From the human T2T-CHM13v2.0 reference genome, Homo sapiens, in the NCBI RefSeq assembly GCF_009914755.1, contig NC_060948.1: 64,000 nt of DNA; one strand, 5' to 3'. A program made the translations under genes and the position numbers. The notes beneath the pieces are model-generated. The model was given only the letters and a program-made list of their open reading frames with translations. It searched no databases and had not been told where the DNA came from. Shown here piece by piece: positions 1 through 17,995 of this stretch (positions are counted from its first letter, which is position 1; every line of letters begins with the position of its first letter).

Positions 1-3000
1 AATGAAATGGACTGGATTGGAATGTACTTGAATGGAATTGACTGAAAAATATTTAATTGATCGGACTGAAATCAAATGGAACAGAATGGAATGGAATGGA
101 ATGGACACTATTTGAATAGAGTAGAATGGAATGTAACCAAATGGAATGGAATCAAATGGAATGGAATTGAATGGAATCGAAAGGAATAGTATGGAATGAA
201 CTCTAATGGAAAGTTATCGAATGGAAAATAATGGAATACAATGGACTCATATGGAATGCACTGGAATGGAATGTACTGGATTGGAATGGACTCAAATGGA
301 ATGGAATGGAATGGAATGGAATGGAATGGAATGGAATGGAATGGAATGGAGTGGAATGGAATGGAATAGAATGGAATGGAATCAGATGGAACTTAATGGA
401 ATGGAATGGAGTCGAATGGAATAGAATCGAATGGAATAACATCAAATGGAATGGAATAGAATGGAATGGAATGGAATAGAATGGAGTGGAATGGAAAACA
501 CTCAAATGGATTGGACTCAAATGGAATAGAATCGAATGGAATGGCTCGAATGGAAGAGAATGGAATGGAATGGAATGGACTTGAATGGAATGGAAGTGAA
601 TGCATTAGAATGAAATGGAATGGAAAGGAATAGAATGGAATGGAATCGGATGACACGGAAAGGATTGGAATGGATTCGAATGAAATAGAAATAAATGGAA
701 TGGCATCGAATGGAATGGAATGTAATATACTCGAATGGAATGGACTCAAATGGAGTAGAATACAATAGAATGGCATCAAAAGGAAAGGAATGGAATGGAA
801 TGAAATAGAATGGAACCAAATGTAATGGAATCAAATGGAATGGACTCAAATAGAATTGACTCGAAAGGTATGGTTTAGAATGGAATTTATTTGAATAGAA
901 TGGAATCGAATGGAATGCAACAGTAAAGAATGGTATCAAATGGAATGGAATCAAATGGAATGGACTGGAATGGAACGGACTGAAATAGAACAGACTCGAA
1001 CATAATGGATGGCAATTTAATTGATTTGAATGGAATGGAATTGAATGGAATGTAACCAAATTGAATGGAATGGAATGCATTTGAATGGAATAGAATGGAA
1101 TGGATCGGAGTGGAATCGAATGGAATGGAATCGAATGAAACGTAATTGAATGGAATGGAATTGAATCGAATGGACTGGAATGGAATGAACTCGAATGTAA
1201 TGAACTGGATAAAGTGGAAACGAACGGATTGGAATCGTACAGAATGGAATGGAATGGAATGGAAGAGACTGTTCTCGAATGGAATGGAGTCGAAAGGAAT
1301 GGAACTGAATGGAATGTAATTGAATGGAATCGAAAAGAATAGAATGGAATGGAACGTTATGGAAAGATATTGAATGGAATGGCATGGACGCGAATGGAAT
1401 GGACTGGAATGGAGTGAACTCGAATGGAATGGACTGGAATGGATTAGACTCGAATGGAATGGAAACGAATGAAATGGAATGGAAAGGAGTAGAATAGAAT
1501 GGAATTGGATGGAATGGAATGGAATGGAATAGAGTCAAATGGAATAGAATCGAATGGAATGGCATCGAATGGAATGGAACGGAATGTAACGGACTCGAGT
1601 GGAATGGACTCTAATGGAATAGAGTAGAATGAAATGGCATTGAATGGAATGCAAAGGAATGCAATGGATTGCAATGGAATGGACCCAAATGTATAGGAAT
1701 CCAATGGAATGGACTCAAATATAATGGATTCAAAAGGAATGGTCCCAAATATAATTTATTCGAATAGAATGGAATCAAAAGGAATGCAATAGTATGGTAT
1801 GGAATCAAATGGAAAGGAATCGAATGGAATTGACCAGAATGGAATGGACTGAAATAGAAAGGACTCGAATGTAATGGATTGAAATGTAATTGATTCGAAC
1901 TCCTTGGAATCGAATGGAATATAATCAAATGGAATGGAATGGAATGCAATGGGAAGGAATAGAATGGAATGCAATGGAATGGAACTGTGTACAATTGAGT
2001 GGAATGCAATCGAATGGAATGGAATCGATGGAATGAACTGGCATGGAAAGAACTCGAAAGGAAAGGACTGAAAAAAATGGAATCGAACAGATTGGAATTG
2101 AATGGAACAGAATGGAAAAAATGGAACGGAATGGAATGGAATGGATTCTAATGGAATGCAGTCAAATTGAATGAAATCAAATGGAATGGAATCGTACAGA
2201 ATGGAATTGAATGGAATCAAAAGGAAAACAATGGAATGGAGTATAACAGAAAGATATTGAATGTAATGGAATGGAATAGAATGGAGTCGAATGGAATGGC
2301 ACGGAGTGGAATTCACTCGAATGGAATGGACTGGAATGGAATCGAATCCAATGGAATGAACTGGAGAGGAATGAAATCTAATGGAAAGGAAATGAATGGA
2401 ATGGAATGGAATGGAAAGGAATGGAGTGGAAAGGATTATAATGGAAACGAATCGGATGGAACAGAATCGAATGGAGTCGAATTTAATAGAATCAATTGGA
2501 ATGACATCGAATATAATGGAATGGAATGGAATGGAATTCATTGGAGTGGAGTTGACTCTAATGTAATGGAAACGAATGGAATGGAATGGAATGGAATGGA
2601 AGGGAAAAGAATACAATGGAATGGAATCGGATGGAAGATAATGGAAAGGCGTCAAATTAAATAGAATCAATTGGAATGGCATCGAATGGAATGGAATGGA
2701 ATGGAATGGAATGGAATGGAATGGAATGGAATTAAATGGACTCGCATGGAATAGAATTGAATGGTATGTCATTGAATGGAATGGAACGGAATGGAATGGA
2801 ATGGAATGGAATGGAATGGAATGGAATGGAATGGAATGGAATGGAATAGAATGGAATGGAATGGTACCAAAAGTAATGGACTCAAATGGAATGGACTCAA
2901 ATAGAAAGGACGCGAAAGCAATGGTCTCGAATGGAATATATTCAAATAGAATGGAATTGAACGAAATGCAATAGTGTGGTATGGAATCTAATGGAATGGA

Positions 3001-6000
3001 CAAACATGGAATGGACGGGAATAGAACGGACTCAAATGCCATGGATAGCATGGTAATTGATTCGAATGGAATGGAATTGAATGGAATGGAATCAAATGGA
3101 AAGGAATGGAATACAATGGAATGGAATAGAATGGAATGCAATGGAATGGAACGAGGTGAAATTGATTGGAATGGAATCGAAAGGAATGGAATCGAATGGA
3201 TTGGGATTGATTGGAATAGACAGGAATGGAATGGACTCGAATGTAATTTAATGGAACAAAATGAAATCAAACGGATTGGAACCGAACAAAACGGAATGGA
3301 AGGTAATGCAATGTCCTCGAATGGAATGGAGTCGAATGGAAGGGAATCAAATGGAATGGAATTGAATGGAATGGTACTGAATGGAATCGAACGGAATTTA
3401 ATTTAATGGAGTGTAAAGCAAAGATATCGAATCCAATGGAACAGAATGGAATTGACTTGAATGGAATGGAATGGAAAGGAATGGAAAGGAATGGAATGGA
3501 GTCGAATGGAATGGACTGCAGTGCAATGGACTCGAATGGAATGGAAACGAATGGAATGGAATGTAACGGAATGGAATTGAATACAATGGAAACGAATAGA
3601 TAGAATGGAAAGTAAAGGAAATATATCGAATCTAATAGAAAGGAATGGAATGGACTCGAATGGAAAGGAATGGAATAGAATGGAATCGAATGTCATGGAC
3701 TGGAGTGGAACGGTCTCGATTGGAATGGAAAATAATGGAATGGAATGGATTGGAATGGAAAGGAATAGAATGGAATGGAATCGTATTGAATGGAATGGAA
3801 AGGAATGGAGTCAAATGAAATAGAATCTAATGGAATGCAATCAAATGTAATGGAATGCAATGGATTCTAATGGAATGGACTCAAGTGCAATACAATAGAA
3901 TCGAATGGCATGGAATGGGATGAAATAGAATGGAATACAATAAAATGGAAAGGAGTGGAACCGAGGGGAATGGAATCGAACAGAATGGAATGGAATGGAA
4001 TCGAATGGAATGGAATGGAATGGAATGGAATGGAATGGAATGGAATGGAATGGAATGGGTTAGAATGCAATGGAATCGGATCGAATGGAATGGAATGGAA
4101 TGGAGTTGAATGGAATAGATTCGAATGAAATGCCAACGAATGGTATGGAATGGAATGGATTGGACTCAAATGGAATAGAATTGAACTGAGTGGCATCGAA
4201 TGGAATGGAATGGAATGGAATGGAATGGAATGGAATGGAATGGAATGGAATGGAATGGACCAAAACGTAATGGACTCTAATGCAATGGACTCAAATAGAA
4301 TGGACACAAAAGGAAGGGTCTCGAATGGAATTTATTGAAAAAGAATGGAATCAAATTGCATGCGATAGTATGGAATGGAATCAAATGGAATGGAATTAAT
4401 TGGAATGGACCAGAATGGAATGGACTGGAATATAACGGACTCGAATGTAATGGATTGCAGTGTATTTGATTCAAAAGGAATGGAATTGAACGGTATGTAA
4501 TTAAATGGAAAGAAATGGAATGCAATCGAATGGAATAGAATGGAATGCAATGGAATGGAACCTAGTGTAATCGAGTTGAATGGAATTGAATGGAATGGAA
4601 TCAAATGGAATGGAGTGGAATTCAATGGACTCGATTGGAATGGACTGGAACAAAATAGAATCGAACGCATTGGAATCGAACTGAATGGAATGGAATGGAA
4701 AAGAATGGACGTCAATGCAATGGAGTCGAATGGAATGGAACCGAATGCAATGGAATTGAAGGGAATTGAAAGGAATAGAATAGAATGGAGTGTAATGGAA
4801 AGATATCGAATGGAATGGAAAGAAGTGGAATCGACTCAAATGAAATCGTGTGGAACGAAATGGACTCGAATGGAATTGAATGGAACAAAGTGGACTCGAA
4901 GGGAATGGACTGGAATGGAATGGATTAGAAAGGAATGGAAACGAACGGAATGGAATGGAATAGAATGGAATGGAATCAGATGGAATGAAATGGAATGAAA
5001 TGGAGTAGAATGGAATAGAATCGAATGCAATGGCATCGGATAGAATGGAATGGAATGGAATCTAATGTACTTAAATGGAATGGACTCGAATGAAATAGAA
5101 TAGAATGGAATGGCATCGAATGGAATTTACTGGAAGAGAGATTAATGGAAAGATATTGAATAGAAAGGAATGGAATGAACTCAAATGGAATGGACTGGAA
5201 TGGAATGGACTCGAATGGAATGGACTGGAATGGAATGGTCTGGAATGGAATGGACTGCAGAGGAATGGTCTCGAATGGAATGGAAACGAATGGAATGGAA
5301 TTGAATGGAATGGACATTAAAGGAATAAAATGGAAGGTATCAATGGAACATAATGCAATGGAATAGATTTGAATGGAATACTTTCAAAAGGAATGGCATT
5401 GAATGGAATGGAATGGAAAGGACTCGAACGGAAAGGACTCGAATGGAATTGAATAGAATGGAATGGCATCGAATGGAATGGAATGGAAGAGAGTGTAATT
5501 GAAAGATATCGAATGGAATGGAATGGACTCGAATGGAATGGCCTGGAATGGAATGAACTCGAATGGAATGGACTGGAGTGGGATGGACTCGAATGGAAAG
5601 GAAACGAATTGAATAGAATGGAATGGAATGGAAACAATACAATGAAATTGAATCGAATGGAACTGAATGTAATGGAATGGAGTCGAATAGAATAGAATCG
5701 AATTGAATGACATCGAATGGAATGGAATGAAATGGAATGGAATGGAATGGAATGGAATGGAATGGAATGGAATGGAATGGAAAGGACTTCAAAGGTGTGG
5801 ACTCTAATGGAATAGAATATAATGGAATGGCATCGAATGCAAGGGAATGGAATGGAACCCAATGTATTGGACTCGAATGGAATGGACTCCAATAGAATGG
5901 ATTCGAATGGAGTGGTCTCAAATTGAATTTATTCAAATAGAATGGAATCGAATGGAATTCAATAGAATGGAACGGAATCGAACGGATTTGATTCAAACGG

Positions 6001-8468
6001 AATGGAATGCAATGGAATGGAGTCGAATGGAATGGAATTGAATTGAATGGAATCGAATAGAATGGAACTCAATGGAATCGAAAGGAATACAATGGAATGG
6101 AGTGTAATGGAAAGATATCAAATGGAATTGAATGGACTCGGTGGAATGGACTGGAACAGAACTGACTCGAATGGAATGGAGTGGAGTGGAATGGACTCTA
6201 ATGTAATGGAAACTAATGGAATGGAATGGAATGGAATGGAATGGAATGGAATGGAATGGAATGGAATGGAAAAGAATAGAATGGAATGGAATCGGATGGA
6301 ACAGAATGGAATGGAGTTGAATTTAATAGAATCAATTGGAATGACATCGAATATAATGGAATGGAATGGAATGGAATGGACTTGACTGGAGTGGAATGGA
6401 CTCTAATGTAATGGAAACGAATGGAATGGAATGGAATGGAAGGGAAAAGAATAGAATGGAATGGAATCGGATGGAATGGAATGGAATGGAGTCGAATTGA
6501 ATAGAATCAATAGGAATGGCATCGAATGGAATGGAATGGAATGAAATGAAATGGACACGAATGCAATGGCCTCAAATGGAATAGAATCGAATTGTATGGC
6601 ATCGAATGGAATGGAATGGAATGGAACGGAACGGAACGGAACGGAATGGAATGGAATGGAATGGAATGGAATGGAATGGAATGGAATGGAATCGACCCAA
6701 AAGTAATGGACTCAAATGGAATGGACTCAAATAGAAAGGACTCGAAAGCAATGGTCTCGAATGGAATTTATTCGAATAGAATGGAATCGAATGGAATGCA
6801 ATAGTATGGAATGGAATGAAATGGAATGGACACGAATGGAATTGACTGGAATAGAACGGACTTGAATGCCATGGATAGCAATGTAATCGATTCGAATTGA
6901 ATGGAATCAAATGGAATGTAATCAAATGGAATGGAATGGAATGCAATGGAATGGAATAGAATGGAATGCAATGGAATGGAACGGAGTGAAATCGAGTGGA
7001 ACAGAATTGAATGGAATAGAATCGAATGGATTGGAATTGATTGGAATAGACAGGAATGCAATGGACTTGAATGGAATTTACTGGAACAAAATGGAATCAA
7101 ACGGATTGGAACTGAACGAAACAGAATGGAATGTAATGGAATGGCCTCGAATGGAATGGAGTTGAATGGAAGGGAATCGATGGAATGGAATCGAATGGAA
7201 TGGAATGGAATGGAATCGAAAGGAATTGAATTTAATGGAGTGTAAAGCAAATATATCGAATCCAATGGAATGGAATGGAATGGACTCGAATGGAATGGAA
7301 TGGAATGGACTCGAATGGAATGGAATGGAATGGACTTGAATGGAATGGACTGGAGTGGAATGGACTCGAATGGAATGGAAAAGAATGGAATGGAATGGAA
7401 TGGAATGGAATGGAATGGAATGGAATGGAATGGAATGGAATGGAATGGAAATGAATGGAATGGAATGGAATAGGATGGAACTAAATGGAATGGAATGGAG
7501 TCGAATGGAGAGGAGTTGAATGGAATGGCATTGAATGGAGTGGAATGGAATGGACTCAAAAGGAATGAACTCGAATGGAATAGAATAGAATGGAATGGCA
7601 TCAAATGGAATGGAACAGAAGGGAGTGTAAAGGCAAGATATCGAATGGAATGGAATGGAATGGAATGGAATGGAATGGAATGGAATGGAATTGACTCGAA
7701 TGGAATGGACTGGAATGGAATGGACTATAATGGAATGGCCCGGAGTGGAATGGACTCGAGTGGAATTGACTGGAATGGAATTGACTTGAATGGTATGGAC
7801 TGGAGTGGAATGGTCTCGAATGGAATGGAAACAAATGGAACGAAATGGATTGGAATGGAAAGGAAAGGAATCGGAAGGAACAGAATGGAGTGGAATGGAG
7901 TCGAAAGAAATAGAATTGAATGGAATGCAATCGAATGGAATGGAATGCAATGGACTCGAATGGAATGGACTCGCATGGAATAGAATTGAATGGAATGGCA
8001 TGGAATGGAATGGAATAGAATGGAATGCAATAAATGCAAAGGAGTGGAATCAAGTGGAATGGAATGGAATGGAATGGAATGGAATGGAATGGAATGGAAT
8101 GGAAGGGAATGGACCCAAATGGAATGGATTCGAGTGGAATGTAACCGACGAATGGAATGGAATTGAATGCAATCGAAACGAATAGATAGAATGGAAAGTA
8201 ATGGAAATATATCGAATCTAATAGAATGGAATGGAATGGACTCGAATGGAATGGACTGGAGTGGAACGGTCTCGAATGGAATGGAATGGATTGGAATGGA
8301 AAGGAATAGAATGGAATGGAATCATATGGAATGGAATGGAACAGAATGAGTCAAAACGGAATAGAATCAAGTGGAATGCAATCGAATGGAATGGAATACA
8401 ATGGACTCGAATGGAATGGATTCTAATGGAATAGAATATAATGGAATGGCATGGAATGGAATGAAATA
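1..8468 (+). repeat. Human satellite III (HSat3), diverged (GGAAT)n array
   Basis: Continuous GGAAT pentamers with typical variants (GGACT, CGAAT, CAAAT). The MEWNG/FHSIP-repeat ORFs are translations of the satellite. Confidence 0.98.
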
Positions 8469-8868
8469 GCCAGCTCCCTGTGCAGGTGAAAATCCATGTA
8501 TAACTTTTGACTCCCCAAAAGCTTAGTTACTTATCACCTACTGTTGACTAGAAGCCTGACTCGTAACATAGTCAAGTAATACACATTTTATATGTTATGT
8601 GTATTATATACTGTACTCTAACAAAAAGTAAGCTGAAGAAAGGAATATGTTATTAAGAAAATCGGAGGGAAGTGAAAATATATTTACTGGTTATTAAGAG
8701 GAAGTGGATCATCATAAAATTCTTCATCTTCATTATCTTCACGTTGAGTAGGCTGAAGAGAAAGAGATAGGGTTGGTCTTGCTGTCTCAGGGATGGCAGA
8801 GGCAGAACAAAATCTACGTGCTAGTGGACCCACACAGTTCTAGTCCACGTTGTTCAAGGATCAACTGT
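8469..8868 (+). mobile_element. Tigger2a (MER28)-type TcMar DNA transposon, left end truncated by the satellite junction
   Basis: Internal gaaaatccatgtataacttttgactccccaaaa. Right terminus gtggacccacacagttctagtccacgttgttcaaggatcaactg followed by TA. The matching left TIR is absent. Confidence 0.8.
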
Positions 8869-8914
8869 AATTACAAGAGTAGACCTTTGAGTTACATGCT
8901 CATTTCATCTGTCT

Positions 8915-9245
8915 GCATCAGCTAGGTTTTGCCGTGGTGACTAACAACCCCAAACCTCAGTGGCTTAAAGCAACAAAGATTTCCCATTCATTTTGCATGG
9001 CTCATGCGGGTGGATAAGGGAGCTCTGTTTATCAGAGTCACTCTGGGACTCAGTCTGATGAAGGCTTTATCTTAAAAAGTGTTTTCATGATGGCTGGAAA
9101 GTCGTGGACCAATGATTTCCACCGAAACCCATTTGCTAGAACCAATTCCGTGACTATGACTCACTTCAAAGAGACATGAAAAACTATCCTAATGCACTGA
9201 AAGGAAAGGGAAGCTGGATAGCAGTGAAGCGGTCATGTCTACCAC
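8915..9245 (-). mobile_element. Old MaLR LTR (MLT1I/J/K-like)
   Basis: tcagctaggttttgccgtggtgactaacaaccccaaacctcagtggcttaaagcaacaaag resembles the MLT1 terminus. Confidence 0.6.
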
Positions 9246-9456
9246 ATTCCACCCCACGGGTCACTACATACTCAATTCTTTTTTCCCCGTGCAGAGCCCA
9301 CTTGCCCTGTCAAGTCTCTGCTCCAGCACTGCACAGTGGGTAAATGTGTGTTGGTGGTAGGGGAGGGAGTGAGAGCCTATCTTTTCAGCTCATACGTTTC
9401 TAGTTCAAGACGAATTACATCTGACCTGACGTAGAAATAAATGTTTATTACCCACT

Positions 9457-9908
9457 TGTGTTAGTTTCTTAAGGCTGCTGTGACAAATCACCACAAACTG
9501 AGTGGCTCCAAACAACAGATATGTATTGTCTCACTGTTCTGGACACCAGACAGCTGAAATCAAAGGTCAGCAGGGCCACATGCTCTCTGAAGCTTAGAGG
9601 GAGAATCCTCCTTTCTCCCTCGCTGGCTCTGATGGTTTTCCAGTGAGCCTCAGCATTCCTTGGCTTGCAGCCCCAGCACTTTAATCTCTGCTTTTATTGT
9701 CACATGACATTCTTCCCTTGCATCTATCTCTTCTACTCTTCTTATAAGGACACCAGTCATTGGAGTAAGACCACCCGAATTCAGTATGGCCTCATCACAA
9801 CTTAATTACATCTGCACAGACCTTATTTCCAAACAAGGTCACATTCACAGGCACCAGGGATTAGGATTTCAACATATCTTTTTACGGGACACAATTCAAC
9901 TGATAACA
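9457..9908 (-). mobile_element. MaLR solo LTR (MLT1B/C-like)
   Basis: tgtgttagtttcttaaggctgctgtgacaaatcaccacaaactgagtggc...ggacacaattcaactgataaca. Confidence 0.85.
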
Positions 9909-10479
9909 CCTTCCACCTTCCACTCCCTAATATAACCCTTCATATAGGCACTGTTGCCTCTCACCCAGAAATCATGAATTTTGAGCTCTGTGCCATGACC
10001 GGACAAGACTTTTGTGTTGATTCCCTTAGGAAGGATATTTATGTATTCTGTATGACTGAAGGAGATTGAGCCAAATATTTGGTGTCTAGAATGGTGGGCT
10101 ACAGTAGATATTAGAGATCCCCACCAATATTTCCAGTTGTCTTCCATCCAGTCAAACAATAAGAATAGAACTCCCTGCTCCCATGAAACTAGATGTGACT
10201 ATGAAACTTGCTTTAAGCCAATGTAATGTGAACAGAAGTGATACATTTTATTTCTGGATACTAAAATTTAAGAAGCAAGGTATAATTTTCCACTTTTTCT
10301 TTATCTTCCATGTTGGCAAGTAACTTTCCAGATTGTGAAAATTATGTAATAAAAGTCCTTATGTGAAGACAGCATTAAGAATCCTGCCAAACTGACTTGT
10401 ACTGAATATGTAGCATGAGTAATAAATGAATCCTGATAACAGTAAGACATTGAGTTGTACATGTATACACCCTATAACA

Positions 10480-11045
10480 CAGCAGTTTCATGCATACATC
10501 AGAAAGATTCTTTCACATGTTCATTAAGGAAACATGCACAAGTATTTTAGTTAATAATATTATTTGCAGCAATAAATGGCAATCAGCTCAAATGCTCACC
10601 AATTGTAGGTTGAAATAAATAAATAACTTTTATATACATGAACTGAACAACATACAGCAATGAAAATGAATGGATTATAAACACAAATATCAATATGGAT
10701 AATTTTTAAAACATCATATTAAGCAGTTATAGAAAAACTACACACGTTTGATTGAAATTTTATAATTCAGTCTGAATTAATGGACATATTGCATAAGGAT
10801 ATAAAAATCTATAGTAATAACAGTGGAAAACACCAGGGAACAAAATTCAGCTAATTACTACCTCTGGTGGATATGAAGTATAATGCAATTGAAGAATGCA
10901 CACAGAGAGCTCCTACAGTATGATAATTCATTTTCTAACATTGTTTGCAGGCACATGATATTTGTTTTATTATTGGTCTTCAAACCCCACATATATGCTT
11001 TTATGTACTTTTTGCAATCTATACTTCACAACTGTTAAAAATAAA
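10480..11045 (+). mobile_element. Degraded old L1 (L1ME-like) 3' fragment
   Basis: Remnants of the ORF2 end and 3'UTR (acacagcagtttcatgc, aaatgctcaccaattgtagg, cagcaatgaaaatgaatgg). Confidence 0.5.
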
Positions 11046-11065
11046 GCAAATCTTAGGTAAAATAT

Positions 11066-11612
11066 GTTTTATATATATATAAATATATATTATATATATT
11101 TTTATATATAAATATATATTATATATATTTTTATATATAATATATATTATATATATTTTTATATATAATTATATAATATATATTTAAGTATAAATATATA
11201 ATAAATATAAATATATTTTTATATAATATATTTTATGTATTTATATATAATATATTCTATATAATATATATTTTATATTATATTCTATATAATATATATT
11301 TTATATTATATTCTATATAATATATATTTTATATTATATTATATACTATATATTTTATATTATATTATATAAGATATATTTTATATTATATAATATAATA
11401 TATATTTAATATTATATTATATAAGATATATTTTATATTATATTATATATAATATATATTTTATATTATGTTATATGTAATATATATTTTATAATATATT
11501 ATATGTAAGATATATTTTATATTATATATTATATATATTTTTATATTATATTATATATATTATATTATATATATTTTATATATTATATATAAATTTTATA
11601 TATAATATATAA
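11066..11612. repeat. AT-rich low-complexity (TA/TATAT)n tract with internal ~25-30 bp sub-repeats
   Basis: About 550 bp of almost only A/T, with repeated units such as tataatatatattttatattatattc. Confidence 0.95.
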
Positions 11613-12149
11613 AGCACATTATAGAATGCCCTTGTAGAAGTTGATCTATAGAAGTTAATTTATACAAGTTAACTTCTAGCAATGTTAATTCGTGGTTAAG
11701 AAAGTAATTCCAAGGCTATTTTTTCTGTAAAATGAAGTATAAATTTTTTGCATAAGTAATTATTTTCTCACATCTAACTCTCTGCATCTCTTAGCTTTAT
11801 TAAAGCAGGGCTGGCCTTTCACTTTTTAAATTTTTGTCCCTTTCCCTTTATGGGATTAAAGAGGAAAAATAGAAAATCACAAATATATGAAGGCCTCTTT
11901 TGGGAAAGGGGGATTTTCTTCCCATGCTAGTGAAGCAGCTACTCGATCAGTATATTTCCATTTTGTATCTTTATATGTTTTTACTATTTTAATGGTTTTT
12001 CCTTAAAATGTTTACCATAAATACTTCCTTGTAGCAAGATAAAAATTAATATCTAACCACCTTCCACAATGTTTTAGAACTTTTTAACTCTCATATCTTT
12101 CTTGTTGAATTTTAATTATCATATCCTCCCCTGCTCGTTTTAAGAATAT

Positions 12150-13450
<1,301 letters not shown>

Positions 13451-13649
13451 TCCAAAAGGATCTGTGTTTTCTTCTGCCCAGGCTCTAGGAGAGCATCACT
13501 GAGTTATACTCATTTCAGCTTCCTTCTAAGGTTTCAGGGTTAATGTGGAATTCTCTATCTTAGCTCCCCTGTTTTGCTGCTGGCCCAAAGATTAGACTCC
13601 TAGTCACAGGGATAACATTGAAATTATCCCTAAAATAATTCATCATTTA

Positions 13650-13820
13650 AGCCGGGCATGGTGACATGCACCTGTGATCTCAGCTACCCCAGAGGCGGAG
13701 GCAGGAGGACCACTTGAGCTCAGGAGCTTGAAGCTTATAATATGCTATGATTCTTCCTGTGAATAGTGACTGTATTCCAGCCTGGGCAATATAGTGAGAT
13801 CCCATATCTTTCTAAAAAAA
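13650..13820 (+). mobile_element. Fossil Alu monomer (FAM-like)
   Basis: Alu 5' end joined to the 7SL-type cctgtgaatagtgactgtattccagcctgggcaa segment, with a short A tail. Confidence 0.75.
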
Positions 13821-13849
13821 TTCATTTTTGTTTATTGTTTATATCTTCT

Positions 13850-16836
<2,987 letters not shown>

Positions 16837-17336
16837 GAAATGTCCCAATTCTTTAGTGACAGCAAGCTATTCAAATTTCTTTTTTAATAATATGATATAA
16901 CTCAACAAAATGCATCTTAGGGACAGCTAGGCCCTATACGCCATGAATTCACAACAACCTCTACTTGGTTTTGTGCTCTTTCATCAAAGAACTTGATATG
17001 TCTCTCTGGGTTAAAATTTGAATAATCTCTCCAAAGTAAATCCAGATGAGCTCCCAGGACTTTGGGCTCCCAGATAGTTTCCAGAGGCAACAGATAAATG
17101 CTGTTACCTCCTCCTCATTTCAAAGTGTGAGATGCACACACGTACAGTTCTTTGCTTGTTGACAAGAGCCTGCATAATCCAGACATCTCACTGACCTTGA
17201 CTTTTCACACTTTCCCTATTTACACTTCACCTTCCAGCAAAGAAGCCATTCTCAGCTCATGGTCTTTGGAAAAAATCATCTTCTGCCTGGAATATTTCCT
17301 CTCCCCTGAACCTGATTAAGCCCTACCCATGCCTTA

Positions 17337-17407
17337 GATCACAGCTCAAATATCTATTCTTTAAGAAAGGCTGATCACAGCTCAAATGTCTATTCTTTAT
17401 GAAAGCT
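17337..17407. repeat. 36-bp tandem duplication
   Basis: gatcacagctcaaat(a/g)tctattcttta(a/t)gaaag occurs at 17337 and 17373. Confidence 0.9.
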
Positions 17408-17464
17408 TTTCCCAGCTCCCCAGGATAGATGATGTTGCCCTATAACACAAACCCTGGTAGCAGG

Positions 17465-17995
17465 GTATAGGGTTCAAGGGATTTCCTGACTGATCAAGGA
17501 GAAGGATATGAGAGCAATGCATGACAAGCTTTATTGGGCAGAATTGAATGAGAGTGAAAGTCTCCTATGGCATAAGACTGTCCTGAGGCTCACAGCAAAG
17601 GGGCCACCAATCAAGAAGGAGGGCAAGTGAATTCCCAGGGGAAAGGGAATGGGAGAGGGGACTTACTAGATGATGTTGCTCAGCAGTGCAGCAGGGTGTC
17701 TCTGAGTCAGAGAGCTCGTAAGGGCAGTAGCAGCTTGGGATCTTATGGCCTAGGCCCTAGTTTATCAATGGCAAGCAGAAGATAGGTTTCACGGGGTATG
17801 CAAAAGAGGCAAAGTGTACCTGGCTAAAAATCTGCTTGTTGTGTGCTATGTTTAAAACAATTTGATGTATTAAAATTTGAGTTTGGCACCAGAAAGATTT
17901 TGAGGTAATTGGTCTCAACCTCCAGTGAAGAAACAAACAACCTAGGGGCCGATTCGCAGAAGGCATCCTTGGCTCATTGATTAACAGTGGGTAGG
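17465..17995 (-). mobile_element. Probable old ERV/ERVL solo LTR (family not resolved)
   Basis: About 530 bp with an antisense poly(A) signal (ctttatt at ~17530) roughly 65 bp from the left end; LTR-like layout. Confidence 0.45.

Noticed and set aside
203-8434. Many long ORFs (up to 504 aa) with FHSIP/MEWNG repeats
   Set aside because: These are translations of (GGAAT)n, which lacks stop codons in its pure form; no evidence of coding function.
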